Part shown: positions 1-8,811 of the stretch, piece by piece
Position numbering within the stretch: the first letter of the stretch is position 1
Layout: each line of letters starts with the position of its first letter
Assembly (NCBI GenBank): GCA_965203965.1
Contig: CBDBDR010000009.1
Coordinates: 1 to 48,119 of the forward strand
Length of the DNA stretch: 48,119 nt
Source of the DNA: Thermodesulfobacteriota bacterium
Lineage (GTDB): Bacteria; Desulfobacterota_D; UBA1144; Nemesobacterales; JAJCZQ01
Direction: 5' to 3'
Notes under the pieces: model-generated
What the model saw: only the letters and a program-made list of their open reading frames with translations
The model's database searches: none
Told to the model about the DNA's origin: nothing
Made by a program: the position numbers and the translations under genes

Positions 1-747
1 GCAACGGGAAAGTTAAACTCAAAGTACAGCATTTTGTATAATCCTAAAGATTATATCCAAATGACAATTGGCGGCCAATTACATTTGATCAAACTTATGG
101 AACTTCTCATGAAAGTTCCAAATACTAAAGTTTGTTCGGCTAATACGGATGGGATCGTAATTACGTATGATCATTCTCAAATTGAAAAGATTAAAAGTAC
201 TATGGGTGAATGGGAAAATCTTTTTAATTTTGAATTAGAATATGACGAATGGAAATGTTTGTATTCTCGCGATGTGAATAATTATTTTGCAATTACGATG
301 GACGGGAAAATTAAAGTAAAAGGCATATTCGCAGACGAGGGAGTTCATTTGCGGTTAGAAAAAAATCCAAGGGGAAAAATCATTTACGATTCCATAATTG
401 CGTTTGTGAGTGATGGAATTCCAATTGAAAGAACTATCCGAGAATGTAAAGATATAACAAAATTTGTATTTTGTCAACGAGTGACATCCGGCGCTATGTG
501 GAAATCTCAATACTTGGGACAAGTCATTAGATTTATTTATACAACGGACGGAGATATTATTACGCGTGCCGGAACAAATCATAAAGTTAGTGAATCTGAA
601 AATGCGTTCGCAGTTCAAAAACTCCCAAATTCTATTCCACAAAATTTATATTTTGAAAAGTATATTGAAAAATCGGAGGAAATTTATGAACAGATTGCGG
701 GTAAACGATATCCGAGAGGAATTCGCGAAAGTATTTTTGGACGATAG
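1..747 (+). CDS. DNA polymerase family B, C-terminal part (continues from 47087-48119 across the circular junction)
   Basis: Frame is open from base 1 (ATGKLNSKYSILYNPK...). Contains the motif C variant SANTDG and YSRDVNNY. Joining to the window end with a 1-nt overlap rebuilds motif B, KLPINSATGK. Confidence 0.9.
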   Translation, partial: ATGKLNSKYSILYNPKDYIQMTIGGQLHLIKLMELLMKVPNTKVCSANTDGIVITYDHSQIEKIKSTMGEWENLFNFELEYDEWKCLYSRDVNNYFAITMDGKIKVKGIFADEGVHLRLEKNPRGKIIYDSIIAFVSDGIPIERTIRECKDITKFVFCQRVTSGAMWKSQYLGQVIRFIYTTDGDIITRAGTNHKVSESENAFAVQKLPNSIPQNLYFEKYIEKSEEIYEQIAGKRYPRGIRESIFGR

Positions 748-1357
748 AAGGTCTACATTTTTAGAACTTCTCAGTGTATCTTTTTTAGCTGACGAAGACA
801 TCATATTCGGAAACCAAAACGATTATTGTCAATTAGAATTACAATGGTACTTATCTAAAAGTATGAACATTAATGATATGTGCGGAAAAATTCCAGAAAT
901 ATGGAAAAAAGTTGCAAATTCTACGGGGATGATCAATAGTAATTATGGAAATTTAATTTTTGGCAATGATCAATTAAACCAATTCCAAAAATGCATGTCT
1001 CAAATTATAACAAATAAAAATACAAAGCGGGGAGTTATGATATACTCTGGATCAGACGTGCATGACATTGCCACTGAAAATGGAAAAAATGATTTCATTT
1101 GTACGTATTCCGCACATTTAATAATTCGTAACAACGTATTAACTTATATTGTCAATATGCGAAGTAATGATGCAGTATACGGTTATAAGAATGATGTATT
1201 TTGGCATAAGTATATCCATAATTTAGGTCATATTGTATTAAAACAACAATATGACGGGTTGATAAAAGGTCCAATGTATTGGAATGTTGGAACTCTCCAC
1301 GTTTATGAAAAGCATATTAAGCTTGTGAAAAATTTTATTGAGGAATCAAGAATATGA
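686..1357 (+). CDS. dCMP hydroxymethylase (thymidylate synthase fold, T4 gp42-like)
   Basis: Motifs ELQWYLSKS, INSNYG, DFICT, MRSNDAVYGYKNDVFW and WNVGTLHVY closely follow T4 gp42, with Asp (KND) at the dCMP-specificity position. Start moved to ATG 686, which has GGAGGA at 675-680. Confidence 0.88.
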   Translation: MNRLRVNDIREEFAKVFLDDRRSTFLELLSVSFLADEDIIFGNQNDYCQLELQWYLSKSMNINDMCGKIPEIWKKVANSTGMINSNYGNLIFGNDQLNQFQKCMSQIITNKNTKRGVMIYSGSDVHDIATENGKNDFICTYSAHLIIRNNVLTYIVNMRSNDAVYGYKNDVFWHKYIHNLGHIVLKQQYDGLIKGPMYWNVGTLHVYEKHIKLVKNFIEESRI

Positions 1358-2532
1358 AAGTTGCGATCATATTTGGAAGAGGTATCGGTGCTTTTGGCGA
1401 ACCGACAATGATCAAAAACTTTATACAATTTTTAACTAAAAATGAACACACTGTGATAAAAATTGATTTGAGAACATCAATTTCAAGACGCGAAAATCAA
1501 GATACATTATTAACCGCTGATTTTTTCGTTGATCCGTTGATGCCGATTGATGGCCAGATTGTTGACGCAATAAATGAATGTGATATTGCATATTTTAGTT
1601 CAATTCCAGAAAAGTCTCAAGGACCCGATGTAGCCAGATTTAGAAAGTTAATAATGTTAATCACAAAACCGATAAAAACAATTATGACACATGAAAATGC
1701 ATTAAATATCATAAAAAAATCTGCAGAATTAAAAGAGATGTATTCGTTGTGCGATATCGGTTTTGCTCACAGCGCGGACGGATATATTGCAAATATTGTT
1801 GGCGGATCAACGCCGGTGTTTTGTCATCCAATGTTGATTGATATTAAAAAATTAAATCGTACAAATAAAAAGCCTAAAAACATATTGTTATATCTCGGCA
1901 GATTTAAGTCAAAAAATGATCCGGCGTTAATATCGCGAATGCGAAGATATTTACCAAATTGGGAATTGATGTATCTTGGTTGCAATTTTGGAATCGGCGC
2001 AATATCTGGGAGTTCGGATTGGAAAACTAATCGTTCGCCGTATTCTAAATTGCACAAACATATGATCGTTCGCGAGATATATTCGGCTAAAACGAAAAAT
2101 TATAGTTCGCAATCTGCCAAACATGGAGGAATTCGCGCGTATGATTATTATGAATATGATTTTGGAATGCAAAAGCTTAAAGAATCTAAGGCATGCTGGA
2201 CGGGTCCAAAATTTATAGAACCACATAATTTCGGCAATAGATTAGAATATACACAAATTGAATCATTCGCATTGTCATTACCAATTATCGCCAAATCGTT
2301 TGCAAATAATTTAAAATCTCCCGAAGATAAATTTTGGGGTGAATATGATGGACCATTAGTATTTGAATCCGAACTACAACTCGCAAAACAACTCATTAAT
2401 ATGTCTGACGATGAATGGACGTATAGAACAAACGAATGTCGTAAGCTCGTAAATAAATTTTATGACTTACAAGCTTGTGGAAAAAAACTTTTAGATATAA
2501 TTTGTAATCATGGAAAAAAAGTGCGCCGATAA
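1354..2532 (+). CDS. DNA alpha-glucosyltransferase-like glycosyltransferase 1 (GT-B, T4 AGT family)
   Basis: N-terminus MKVAIIFGRGIGAFG, plus INECDI, HSADG and LEYTQIE, all resembling T4 AGT. ATGA-coupled to the hydroxymethylase. Confidence 0.75.
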   Translation: MKVAIIFGRGIGAFGEPTMIKNFIQFLTKNEHTVIKIDLRTSISRRENQDTLLTADFFVDPLMPIDGQIVDAINECDIAYFSSIPEKSQGPDVARFRKLIMLITKPIKTIMTHENALNIIKKSAELKEMYSLCDIGFAHSADGYIANIVGGSTPVFCHPMLIDIKKLNRTNKKPKNILLYLGRFKSKNDPALISRMRRYLPNWELMYLGCNFGIGAISGSSDWKTNRSPYSKLHKHMIVREIYSAKTKNYSSQSAKHGGIRAYDYYEYDFGMQKLKESKACWTGPKFIEPHNFGNRLEYTQIESFALSLPIIAKSFANNLKSPEDKFWGEYDGPLVFESELQLAKQLINMSDDEWTYRTNECRKLVNKFYDLQACGKKLLDIICNHGKKVRR

Positions 2533-2600
2533 ATATACATTTACCGACGCACAAAAAGAGGTATTTAATAAAATTATAACACGAATATAATGAATGTAAA

Positions 2601-4799
2601 ATGAATAATAATTTTATTTCAAATTTAGCAAAAGAAAATTGGAAATTCGTATTGTGTTCTGCGAATACAAAAAAACCTATAAGCAAAAAACCGGGGTGCA
2701 TCACGACAGATTTGTCTAAAGTGTTTCGGCATATAAACAACGGTGGAAATATTGCCGGACATTGTCCACCGGGAGTTTGTGTTTTTGATATTGACAAAAA
2801 GCATAATAAAGATGGCGAACAATACTTTAGAAAATATTTTTTTAATACATTTACAGTCAAAACTCCAAATGGGGGATACCATACGTATTGCAGAATTCCG
2901 CACATAGATGACTTAAAAAGCAAAGAACTTTCAGACGGTTTAGAATTTATTTACGGGGATAACCGACACGTTATGCTGCCAGGGTCAATAATTAACGGAC
3001 GGCAATATTCTATAATAAATACCGAATATTGCACAATTTTACCGTCCGACATTCATAAAATTAACTTAATAAAAAATACTAAAAATAAATCATTATTGCA
3101 AATGATTGATGGTAAAAATATTGGTGGGAATAGAAATAATTGGCTATGGTCAAATTTAGTATGTGCATTTTTAAGAAATGCAAATCAAGAAGAGATAGAT
3201 AATTATTTATTTGAAAGTAGAAAAGCAGGACTTGATATTGAAGAGATACAAAGAACGTTACTCTCGGCTAAACACGCGGCCGATGCTCCCCATAAAATTG
3301 CATTAAAATCTCCCGCATTTACGCATAAATTAAGGCAAGAACAATTTGTTTTATACAATAAAAGTTCATTTATTATTATCAAAAACATTAATAAGGATAT
3401 GCGAGACGTATTTGTTTATAACGACAAATATGGCATTTGGAAAAATGACATTTATACTGTAATTGAAAAATTTTGTGAATTTGACATAATAGATCTTGAA
3501 AAAATAACATCGTCTTTAGCGAGTTATTCTGAAATTGACGAAAAAGTTATTTTTCAATTGTCTAGACAAACTACTAAATATACAGAAGAGTTATATCAAA
3601 AACAAACGCATGAAGATATGTTTGCAAAACAAATAAAAATTGGAATTCAAAATGTTAGTAACAATGACGGCGGAATAAGAATTGAAAAGTCTACGTCTGT
3701 ATTTGATACCAACACTGAATATATTTTATGCAAAAACGGTGCAAAAAAATTATTTTCAAATGAATTTATTTCTATCAACGATGAAAGAATTAAGCAAATG
3801 TTATTTACAAAATATATTCCGTTAAATTATATTACTTCAAAGTTTGATCAATCATACATTCAGTTGATCAAAAAACTTTTTGATGGAAAAGAAGATTATA
3901 TTTCAGTAATAATAAATTGTATTACACATTCAAAACCACGCGCGATCTATATCGCTTACGGGGAACCAAATATCGGAAAAACAGTTATCGCTAATGTATT
4001 ATCTAAAGCATTTGAAGGTTATGTTCAAACATTAAATCTTGATTTTCTTAAAGAACAAAAATTTGAAACGTTCTCCTCACACCACGGAGACATAATTGAA
4101 GCGTTATCGCACAAAGTAACTATCGGGAATGACGTATTAAAAAATAGAACAATGAATAAAAATTTAATTCATCAATTAGTAGATGGTGATAACTTAAAAG
4201 TTAGACAAATTGGACAAAAAGTTCAATTTGTTCCGGTTAAAACGTCATTTATTTTGACAGAAAATGAAATACCAAAAACTAACTTATTAAAAGATCATTC
4301 CGAATCACGGAGGATATTAGCTTTTGAAGTATATCCCCCCGATAGCAGTAAAGAATTATCAAAATCAGAGATTAAATTTATTATGGAAAATGATGATCCC
4401 GCGTTTAATCAATGTGTATTATTCACAGCTTTAGAAATTGCAAAAAAAGATATTTTTAACAACCATTTTTTTGAACAATCGCATAAACTATTATTTGAGA
4501 GTAGCATATCCGACAATTATGCGGATATTGAAGTTCTTAAATCATTACAAATTGTTAAATCGCCATGTGGAAAATTAGAATTTAATACTATGAGAAAATA
4601 CTTAAACCAAAACTATGAATTTGAACAAAATACTATTTCTAAAAAAACAATGATTGGACAATTGAATTCAATAATTGAACAATTCTTAAAAAATAAATTT
4701 GGTTCATCGCTACAAATAAAAAGACAAAAAGTATTGATAGACGATAAAATAACAACTGATAAAATTGCATTCGGCATTGAATTAGTTGATTTTTTATGA
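2601..4799 (+). CDS. Primase-polymerase fused to D5/P4-type SF3 helicase
   Basis: Prim-pol motifs VFDIDKKH and TVKTPNGGYHTY; Walker A GEPNIGKT; SF3-like FILTEN and SRRI. Confidence 0.85.
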   Translation: MNNNFISNLAKENWKFVLCSANTKKPISKKPGCITTDLSKVFRHINNGGNIAGHCPPGVCVFDIDKKHNKDGEQYFRKYFFNTFTVKTPNGGYHTYCRIPHIDDLKSKELSDGLEFIYGDNRHVMLPGSIINGRQYSIINTEYCTILPSDIHKINLIKNTKNKSLLQMIDGKNIGGNRNNWLWSNLVCAFLRNANQEEIDNYLFESRKAGLDIEEIQRTLLSAKHAADAPHKIALKSPAFTHKLRQEQFVLYNKSSFIIIKNINKDMRDVFVYNDKYGIWKNDIYTVIEKFCEFDIIDLEKITSSLASYSEIDEKVIFQLSRQTTKYTEELYQKQTHEDMFAKQIKIGIQNVSNNDGGIRIEKSTSVFDTNTEYILCKNGAKKLFSNEFISINDERIKQMLFTKYIPLNYITSKFDQSYIQLIKKLFDGKEDYISVIINCITHSKPRAIYIAYGEPNIGKTVIANVLSKAFEGYVQTLNLDFLKEQKFETFSSHHGDIIEALSHKVTIGNDVLKNRTMNKNLIHQLVDGDNLKVRQIGQKVQFVPVKTSFILTENEIPKTNLLKDHSESRRILAFEVYPPDSSKELSKSEIKFIMENDDPAFNQCVLFTALEIAKKDIFNNHFFEQSHKLLFESSISDNYADIEVLKSLQIVKSPCGKLEFNTMRKYLNQNYEFEQNTISKKTMIGQLNSIIEQFLKNKFGSSLQIKRQKVLIDDKITTDKIAFGIELVDFL

Positions 4800-4960
4800 A
4801 CGGGAGTAAAAGTAATTGAAAAAACTAATGTGCCACGGAAAAGAAATACGTTTAAGATCATTAATCGCTTGGACAAAACCCGAGTGTAAAGCTAAAAATA
4901 GGTATAATACTTCAGACATTGCAGACTCATTAGTGGGGATAATTCATTATTGACAGGAAG

Positions 4961-5773
4961 TTGAGTTTTATTGAATTTGTTATTGAACGTATCCAAATTT
5001 GGGTTAAGCGCCGACAAAATATAGTTCCTTTAACTCAAGATAAAGTATTGCAGAAATACTTTTTTTGTAATATTTTTCGCGAATACGACCGTGGCACAAT
5101 TCACCTTATAAAAAATGTAATAAATAATAAAGATCTTTCTTATAAAGATAAAGTCTTAAATTGTGTCATTTACCGACTTATCAATAATAAATATTTGTAT
5201 GATCAAATCCCAGTGGCAAAAGTAAATTCGTATGACCCGATAGAATATGGCAAAAATTTTGATAATTTCAAAGGTCCATTATGGGGTCCGGCATATAGAA
5301 CTAAAGGTCCTATAGCATACGTTTGTGAATCAGCAAACATTTTAACACAAACTGAATTAAACACCACAAGCTTGCAGACGGATGAAAGGTATTTAACGGA
5401 ATTAAGAAAAATTCGAGGAATTGGAAACTTTATAGCTTATCAAATTTCGTTAGATTTAGCATATTGTACAAGCACTTCATTCACCGTATACGACATTTTA
5501 TACGTTGGTCCAGGGAGCTTTTCAGAACTTAAAGATACTTATGGGAAATTAAAGAATATTCATATAGCCAAAGACATTATTATATATTTAACAAATTTAT
5601 TAAATGACAATTTGTTTTTTTTCCATCGGGAATTTGCAAATTCAGACATTGAACATGCATTATGCGAATATCGTAAGTACAAAAATTTTTATGACGGAAA
5701 AGGTCGTAAACGATTATTTTATAGCAATTTGACTAAAAAGTCAGTCCCTCCGGGTGACATAGAGGGACTTTAA
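4961..5773 (+). CDS. aGPT-Pplase1 / 5-hmdU DNA kinase helical-domain-like DNA hypermodification protein
   Basis: FCNIFREYDRGT, HhH-like LRKIRGIGNFIAYQISLDL, VGPGS and DIEHALCEYRKY. TTG start. Confidence 0.75.
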   Translation: MSFIEFVIERIQIWVKRRQNIVPLTQDKVLQKYFFCNIFREYDRGTIHLIKNVINNKDLSYKDKVLNCVIYRLINNKYLYDQIPVAKVNSYDPIEYGKNFDNFKGPLWGPAYRTKGPIAYVCESANILTQTELNTTSLQTDERYLTELRKIRGIGNFIAYQISLDLAYCTSTSFTVYDILYVGPGSFSELKDTYGKLKNIHIAKDIIIYLTNLLNDNLFFFHREFANSDIEHALCEYRKYKNFYDGKGRKRLFYSNLTKKSVPPGDIEGL

Positions 5774-5895
5774 GACCTATGGACATATATTACTATTAAC
5801 CAAAAAGTTAAAAAAATTTTAAAACTGCTATTTACAAATATGAAAAAACGGTATATAATATAATTAAGAATAAAAAATAATGGAGGTATTTGAAC
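5735..5895 (+). repeat. Dispersed hairpin-promoter-RBS element, copy 1
   Basis: Hairpin AGTCCCTC-N11-GAGGGACT at 5743-5769, TTTACA(5831)-17 bp-TATAAT(5854), GGAGGT before ATG 5896. Confidence 0.92.
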
Positions 5896-6426
5896 ATGAG
5901 ACCAAACACAAAAATCACCGATAGAATTGATCAAAAGTATCGGGAGATTTGGCGGAAAGTTTGGAAGAGTGAATTAGATTTTGTTGTCACTCAACCGGCG
6001 ATTGAATATGAACAATTAGGTCGTACTGGGGGTTTGGCGTATAAAGATAAGATCAAACTTAATTGCATATTGATCAATAATCCCAAATATACCGATGAGG
6101 TAATAGACCAAGTTTTCCCACATGAATTTGCACATGTCGTGGTTAGACAGATGCACGGATGTGGACCAAAATCCCACGGCGTAGAATGGAAAAATGTATG
6201 CAGGGTTATTGGAATTGAACCACGTAGATGTCATACATTTCCACTTGTGGACTGTGGCGTACCAAAACAAAGATTGACAAGATTATTTGAGTATGATTGC
6301 GAAGGTTGTTCGGAAAAATTTGAGTTCGGAGCAAGGGTGTACAATAACATCAAGCGCGGACGTAGATATTCTTGCACGGCGTGTAGAACACAGGTTGATC
6401 CAACCTTGATATCTCAAGTTAGATAA
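5896..6426 (+). CDS. SprT-like zinc metalloprotease with C-terminal Zn ribbon
   Basis: PHEFAH (HEXXH), HGVEWK, CEGC...CTAC. ATG 5896 follows the element RBS. Confidence 0.85.
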   Translation: MRPNTKITDRIDQKYREIWRKVWKSELDFVVTQPAIEYEQLGRTGGLAYKDKIKLNCILINNPKYTDEVIDQVFPHEFAHVVVRQMHGCGPKSHGVEWKNVCRVIGIEPRRCHTFPLVDCGVPKQRLTRLFEYDCEGCSEKFEFGARVYNNIKRGRRYSCTACRTQVDPTLISQVR

Positions 6427-6477
6427 TAATGCCGTTAAAACGGGAGGTATTTAGAATGAAAGTAGGAAAAAGAATTG

Positions 6478-6735
6478 TTCAGACATTGAACATGCATTAT
6501 GCGAATATCGTAAGTACAAAAATTTTTATGACGGAAAAGGTCGTAAACGATTATTTTATAGCAATTTGACTAAAAAGTCAGTCCCTCCGGGTGACATAGA
6601 GGGACTTTAAGACCTATGGACATATATTACTATTAACCAAAAAGTTAAAAAAATTTTAAAACTGCTATTTACAAATATGAAAAAACGGTATATAATATAA
6701 TTAAGAATAAAAAATAATGGAGGTATTTGAACATG
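6478..6735 (+). repeat. 258-bp direct duplicate of 5641-5898 (3' end of the aGPT-like gene plus element copy 2)
   Basis: Identical by eye at offset 837. Hairpin at 6580-6606, promoter at 6668-6696. Confidence 0.92.
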
Positions 6736-6987
6736 GACGACTTAAAGGAATACAACTTAAAGGGCTACTTTATTAACTGGCGAGACAAAGTCCAAGTACG
6801 ATTTGAAGATGGAACAACCGCGGATTTAGAAATGGATTTTTCGGGCAAAATTATTGACGATTGCGACGGGAAACTGACAATAGCGGGATGCCGAGCGTCA
6901 AATAAGACCGCAAAGTTATTTGAAATTAAGGCGGATAAAGACTTATTCGTAGAGAAAATAACTTTTACGAGATGGTCCGCAATCTAA
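6733..6987 (+). CDS. Hypothetical cassette protein (84 aa)
   Basis: ATG directly after the element RBS GGAGGT. Confidence 0.7.
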   Translation: MDDLKEYNLKGYFINWRDKVQVRFEDGTTADLEMDFSGKIIDDCDGKLTIAGCRASNKTAKLFEIKADKDLFVEKITFTRWSAI

Positions 6988-7061
6988 AAGCGGGATATTG
7001 TGACAAATAATTGGCTCAATTCCAATTATCTTGCATACTTGAAATAAATGTAAAAATACTA

Positions 7062-7090
7062 TTTACGTTTATGTAAAAATAGTATATAAT
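7062..7090 (+). promoter_or_regulatory. sigma70-type promoter (element variant)
   Basis: TTTACG-17 bp-TATAAT with AT-rich upstream tract, then AGGAG RBS. Confidence 0.7.
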
Positions 7091-7126
7091 ATAATTAAGA
7101 GATTAAAAAATAGGAGATATCCGAGA

Positions 7127-7657
7127 ATGAGACCAAACACAAAAATCACCGATAGAATTGATCAAAAGTATCGTGAGATTTGTCGGAAAGTTTGGAAGAG
7201 TGAACTAGATTTTATTGTTACTCGTCCAAAAATTGAATGTGTTAGATTGGGTACTTGCGCGGGTGAGGCGGCTGGAAAAGGGGAGATCATCCGTTTGAAT
7301 TGTGAGTTGTTAAATAATCCCAAGTACACGAATAAAATAATTGACGAAACTTTCCCGCATGAATTTGCGCATATTGTTGTCCTTCAACATTGAGGCCGCG
7401 GGCCTAAACCACATGGAAAAGAATGGAAACAAGTATGTAAGATAATTGGAATTGAACCAATTATTTGTCACGATATCCCGCTTTTAGATTGCGGACCATC
7501 TCGTAAACGTATGACTAAATTATTTATCCACGAGTGTAAGTGCGGAATAACTCATGAATTTGGAGCGAATATCCGTGAAAAAGTAGCTATGGAACGCCGG
7601 AAATGTGGAAATTGTAATAAAAGAATAGAAATTAAAAATACGGAGAGAATAAGATGA
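7127..7657 (+). pseudogene. Second SprT-like paralogue interrupted by one in-frame TGA (7391-7393)
   Basis: The same frame continues past the TGA as GRGPKPHGKEWKQVCKIIGIEP...CKCG...CGNC to TGA 7655-7657, collinear with 5896-6426. Confidence 0.8.
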
Positions 7658-8055
7658 AAGTAGGAAAAAGAATTGTATGGAAAGAAGCAGATATGACTTT
7701 TAGTGGTGTGATCCGAGAAGTTATAAACATATCTCCCACATCTGATCCAAGCTATATTTTGAAAATTGAATTAGATCATGGTAAAAAAATAGATCGTGGG
7801 ATCGGAACATTCGATAAGTTTGTAGTGATTTCTAAATTTTATCGTGATGGAAAATTGCATTCCTATAGTGAATCGTCAGTTCAGACTTGTGAACAAGCAG
7901 AACATTTAGTCAATATTCCGCCAAAAGAATTAGAAGGATCTTTAGACATGTGTATAAAAACTTTTAAGCTCGTAAGAATTGACCGTACTGAAAAGCAGTT
8001 GATGGAAAAAAAATTTATTTGCGGAGGTATCAAATATGGAAACAAGAAAGATTAA
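7654..8055 (+). CDS. Hypothetical protein (VGxRIxW family, see 19462 and 36015)
   Basis: 133-aa ORF, ATGA overlap with the preceding frame. Confidence 0.7.
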   Translation: MKVGKRIVWKEADMTFSGVIREVINISPTSDPSYILKIELDHGKKIDRGIGTFDKFVVISKFYRDGKLHSYSESSVQTCEQAEHLVNIPPKELEGSLDMCIKTFKLVRIDRTEKQLMEKKFICGGIKYGNKKD

Positions 8056-8293
8056 CGGGATCAAAATTAAAACCGGTGATCTTATAGAATTTCGGGTTTC
8101 ACCGAGAAATCGGGAATTTGTAAACAAGCAATTTGACGGGTTTAAATTCATAAGCGTTATAGATAACAAAGCAATAATGAATGCCCCTGGGTCTATCGTA
8201 TTTTGTGAAAAACTTTCTTACTTAAGGAAAGTAGGAATAAAACAATTTGGTCCTATTTCTTTTAAAAAGTATAAAGAACTTTCTAAAAGTTAA
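8036..8293 (+). CDS. Hypothetical protein, KINGIK family copy 1
   Basis: GGAGGT RBS. Clear paralogue of 16479-16742 and 42628-42915. Confidence 0.8.
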   Translation: METRKINGIKIKTGDLIEFRVSPRNREFVNKQFDGFKFISVIDNKAIMNAPGSIVFCEKLSYLRKVGIKQFGPISFKKYKELSKS

Positions 8294-8312
8294 AAAAATT
8301 TTAAAAATACTA

Positions 8313-8341
8313 TTTACATTTATGAAAAAACGGTATATAAT
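8313..8341 (+). promoter_or_regulatory. sigma70-type promoter (element promoter half)
   Basis: TTTACA-tttatgaaaaaacggta-TATAAT followed by the shared leader and GGAGGT. Confidence 0.85.
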
Positions 8342-8377
8342 TATATTGAGAACAAAAAATAATGGAGGTATTTAGAC

Positions 8378-8680
8378 ATGAAAAGAACTAAATTAATATC
8401 GGCATTAAATGTAAGTAATTATTCATGCGTAACAGTTTCCGTCAAAACAAAAAATGACCGCGCGTACATTAAGAATTGGAAAGATGTAACTATTTATTTT
8501 GGCTTTGAAAATAACAAAATGATTAAACTAGTTGCATGGAGCCATTTAAAAAAATCTACCGATCTTAAAAATGCCATTCACGCTGAGAGAATAATAAAAA
8601 AGATCATAAAAGATCTTAAGATAATTCCAAAAAGTACTGAGTCATTACTTGATAATACGTATATTGAAGTAGCTTTTTAA
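8378..8680 (+). CDS. Hypothetical cassette protein (100 aa)
   Basis: ATG directly after the element RBS. Confidence 0.75.
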   Translation: MKRTKLISALNVSNYSCVTVSVKTKNDRAYIKNWKDVTIYFGFENNKMIKLVAWSHLKKSTDLKNAIHAERIIKKIIKDLKIIPKSTESLLDNTYIEVAF

Positions 8681-8697
8681 TTAGAGGAGGTGATAAG

Positions 8698-8811
8698 ATG
8701 GAGCATATAATTATAGATAGAATGATTGTAAAGTTGGACAAATTACTCTTAAATTTTAACATCAATAACTTTTTAAGGCAAGAAAGTCCAATAATAGCAG
8801 CTCTTTTATGA
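8698..8811 (+). CDS. 37-aa ORF running into the first unit of the 113-bp array
   Basis: Strong RBS GGAGGTGA; MEHIIIDRMIVKLDKLLLNFNINNFLRQESPIIAALL. Confidence 0.5.
   Translation: MEHIIIDRMIVKLDKLLLNFNINNFLRQESPIIAALL

Noticed and set aside
566..685. ORF-track start for the hydroxymethylase
   Set aside because: It lies deep inside PolB. ATG 686 has an RBS and matches the gp42 N-terminus.
686..1357. Ordinary thymidylate synthase (thyA)
   Set aside because: The motifs follow T4 gp42, with Asp rather than Asn at the specificity position, and a DNA glycosyltransferase follows.
4911..4921. TTCAGACATTG matching the start of the 258-bp duplicate (5641, 6478)
   Set aside because: An 11-bp match in AT-rich DNA with no further similarity; cannot be told from chance.
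5735..5895. Element as an IS/MITE or a true integron attC site
   Set aside because: No transposase or integrase, no terminal inverted repeats, no target-site duplication and no attC consensus ends were seen.
7391..7393. Genome-wide TGA recoding
   Set aside because: Many genes end in TGA with ATGA coupling, and only one in-frame TGA was found.
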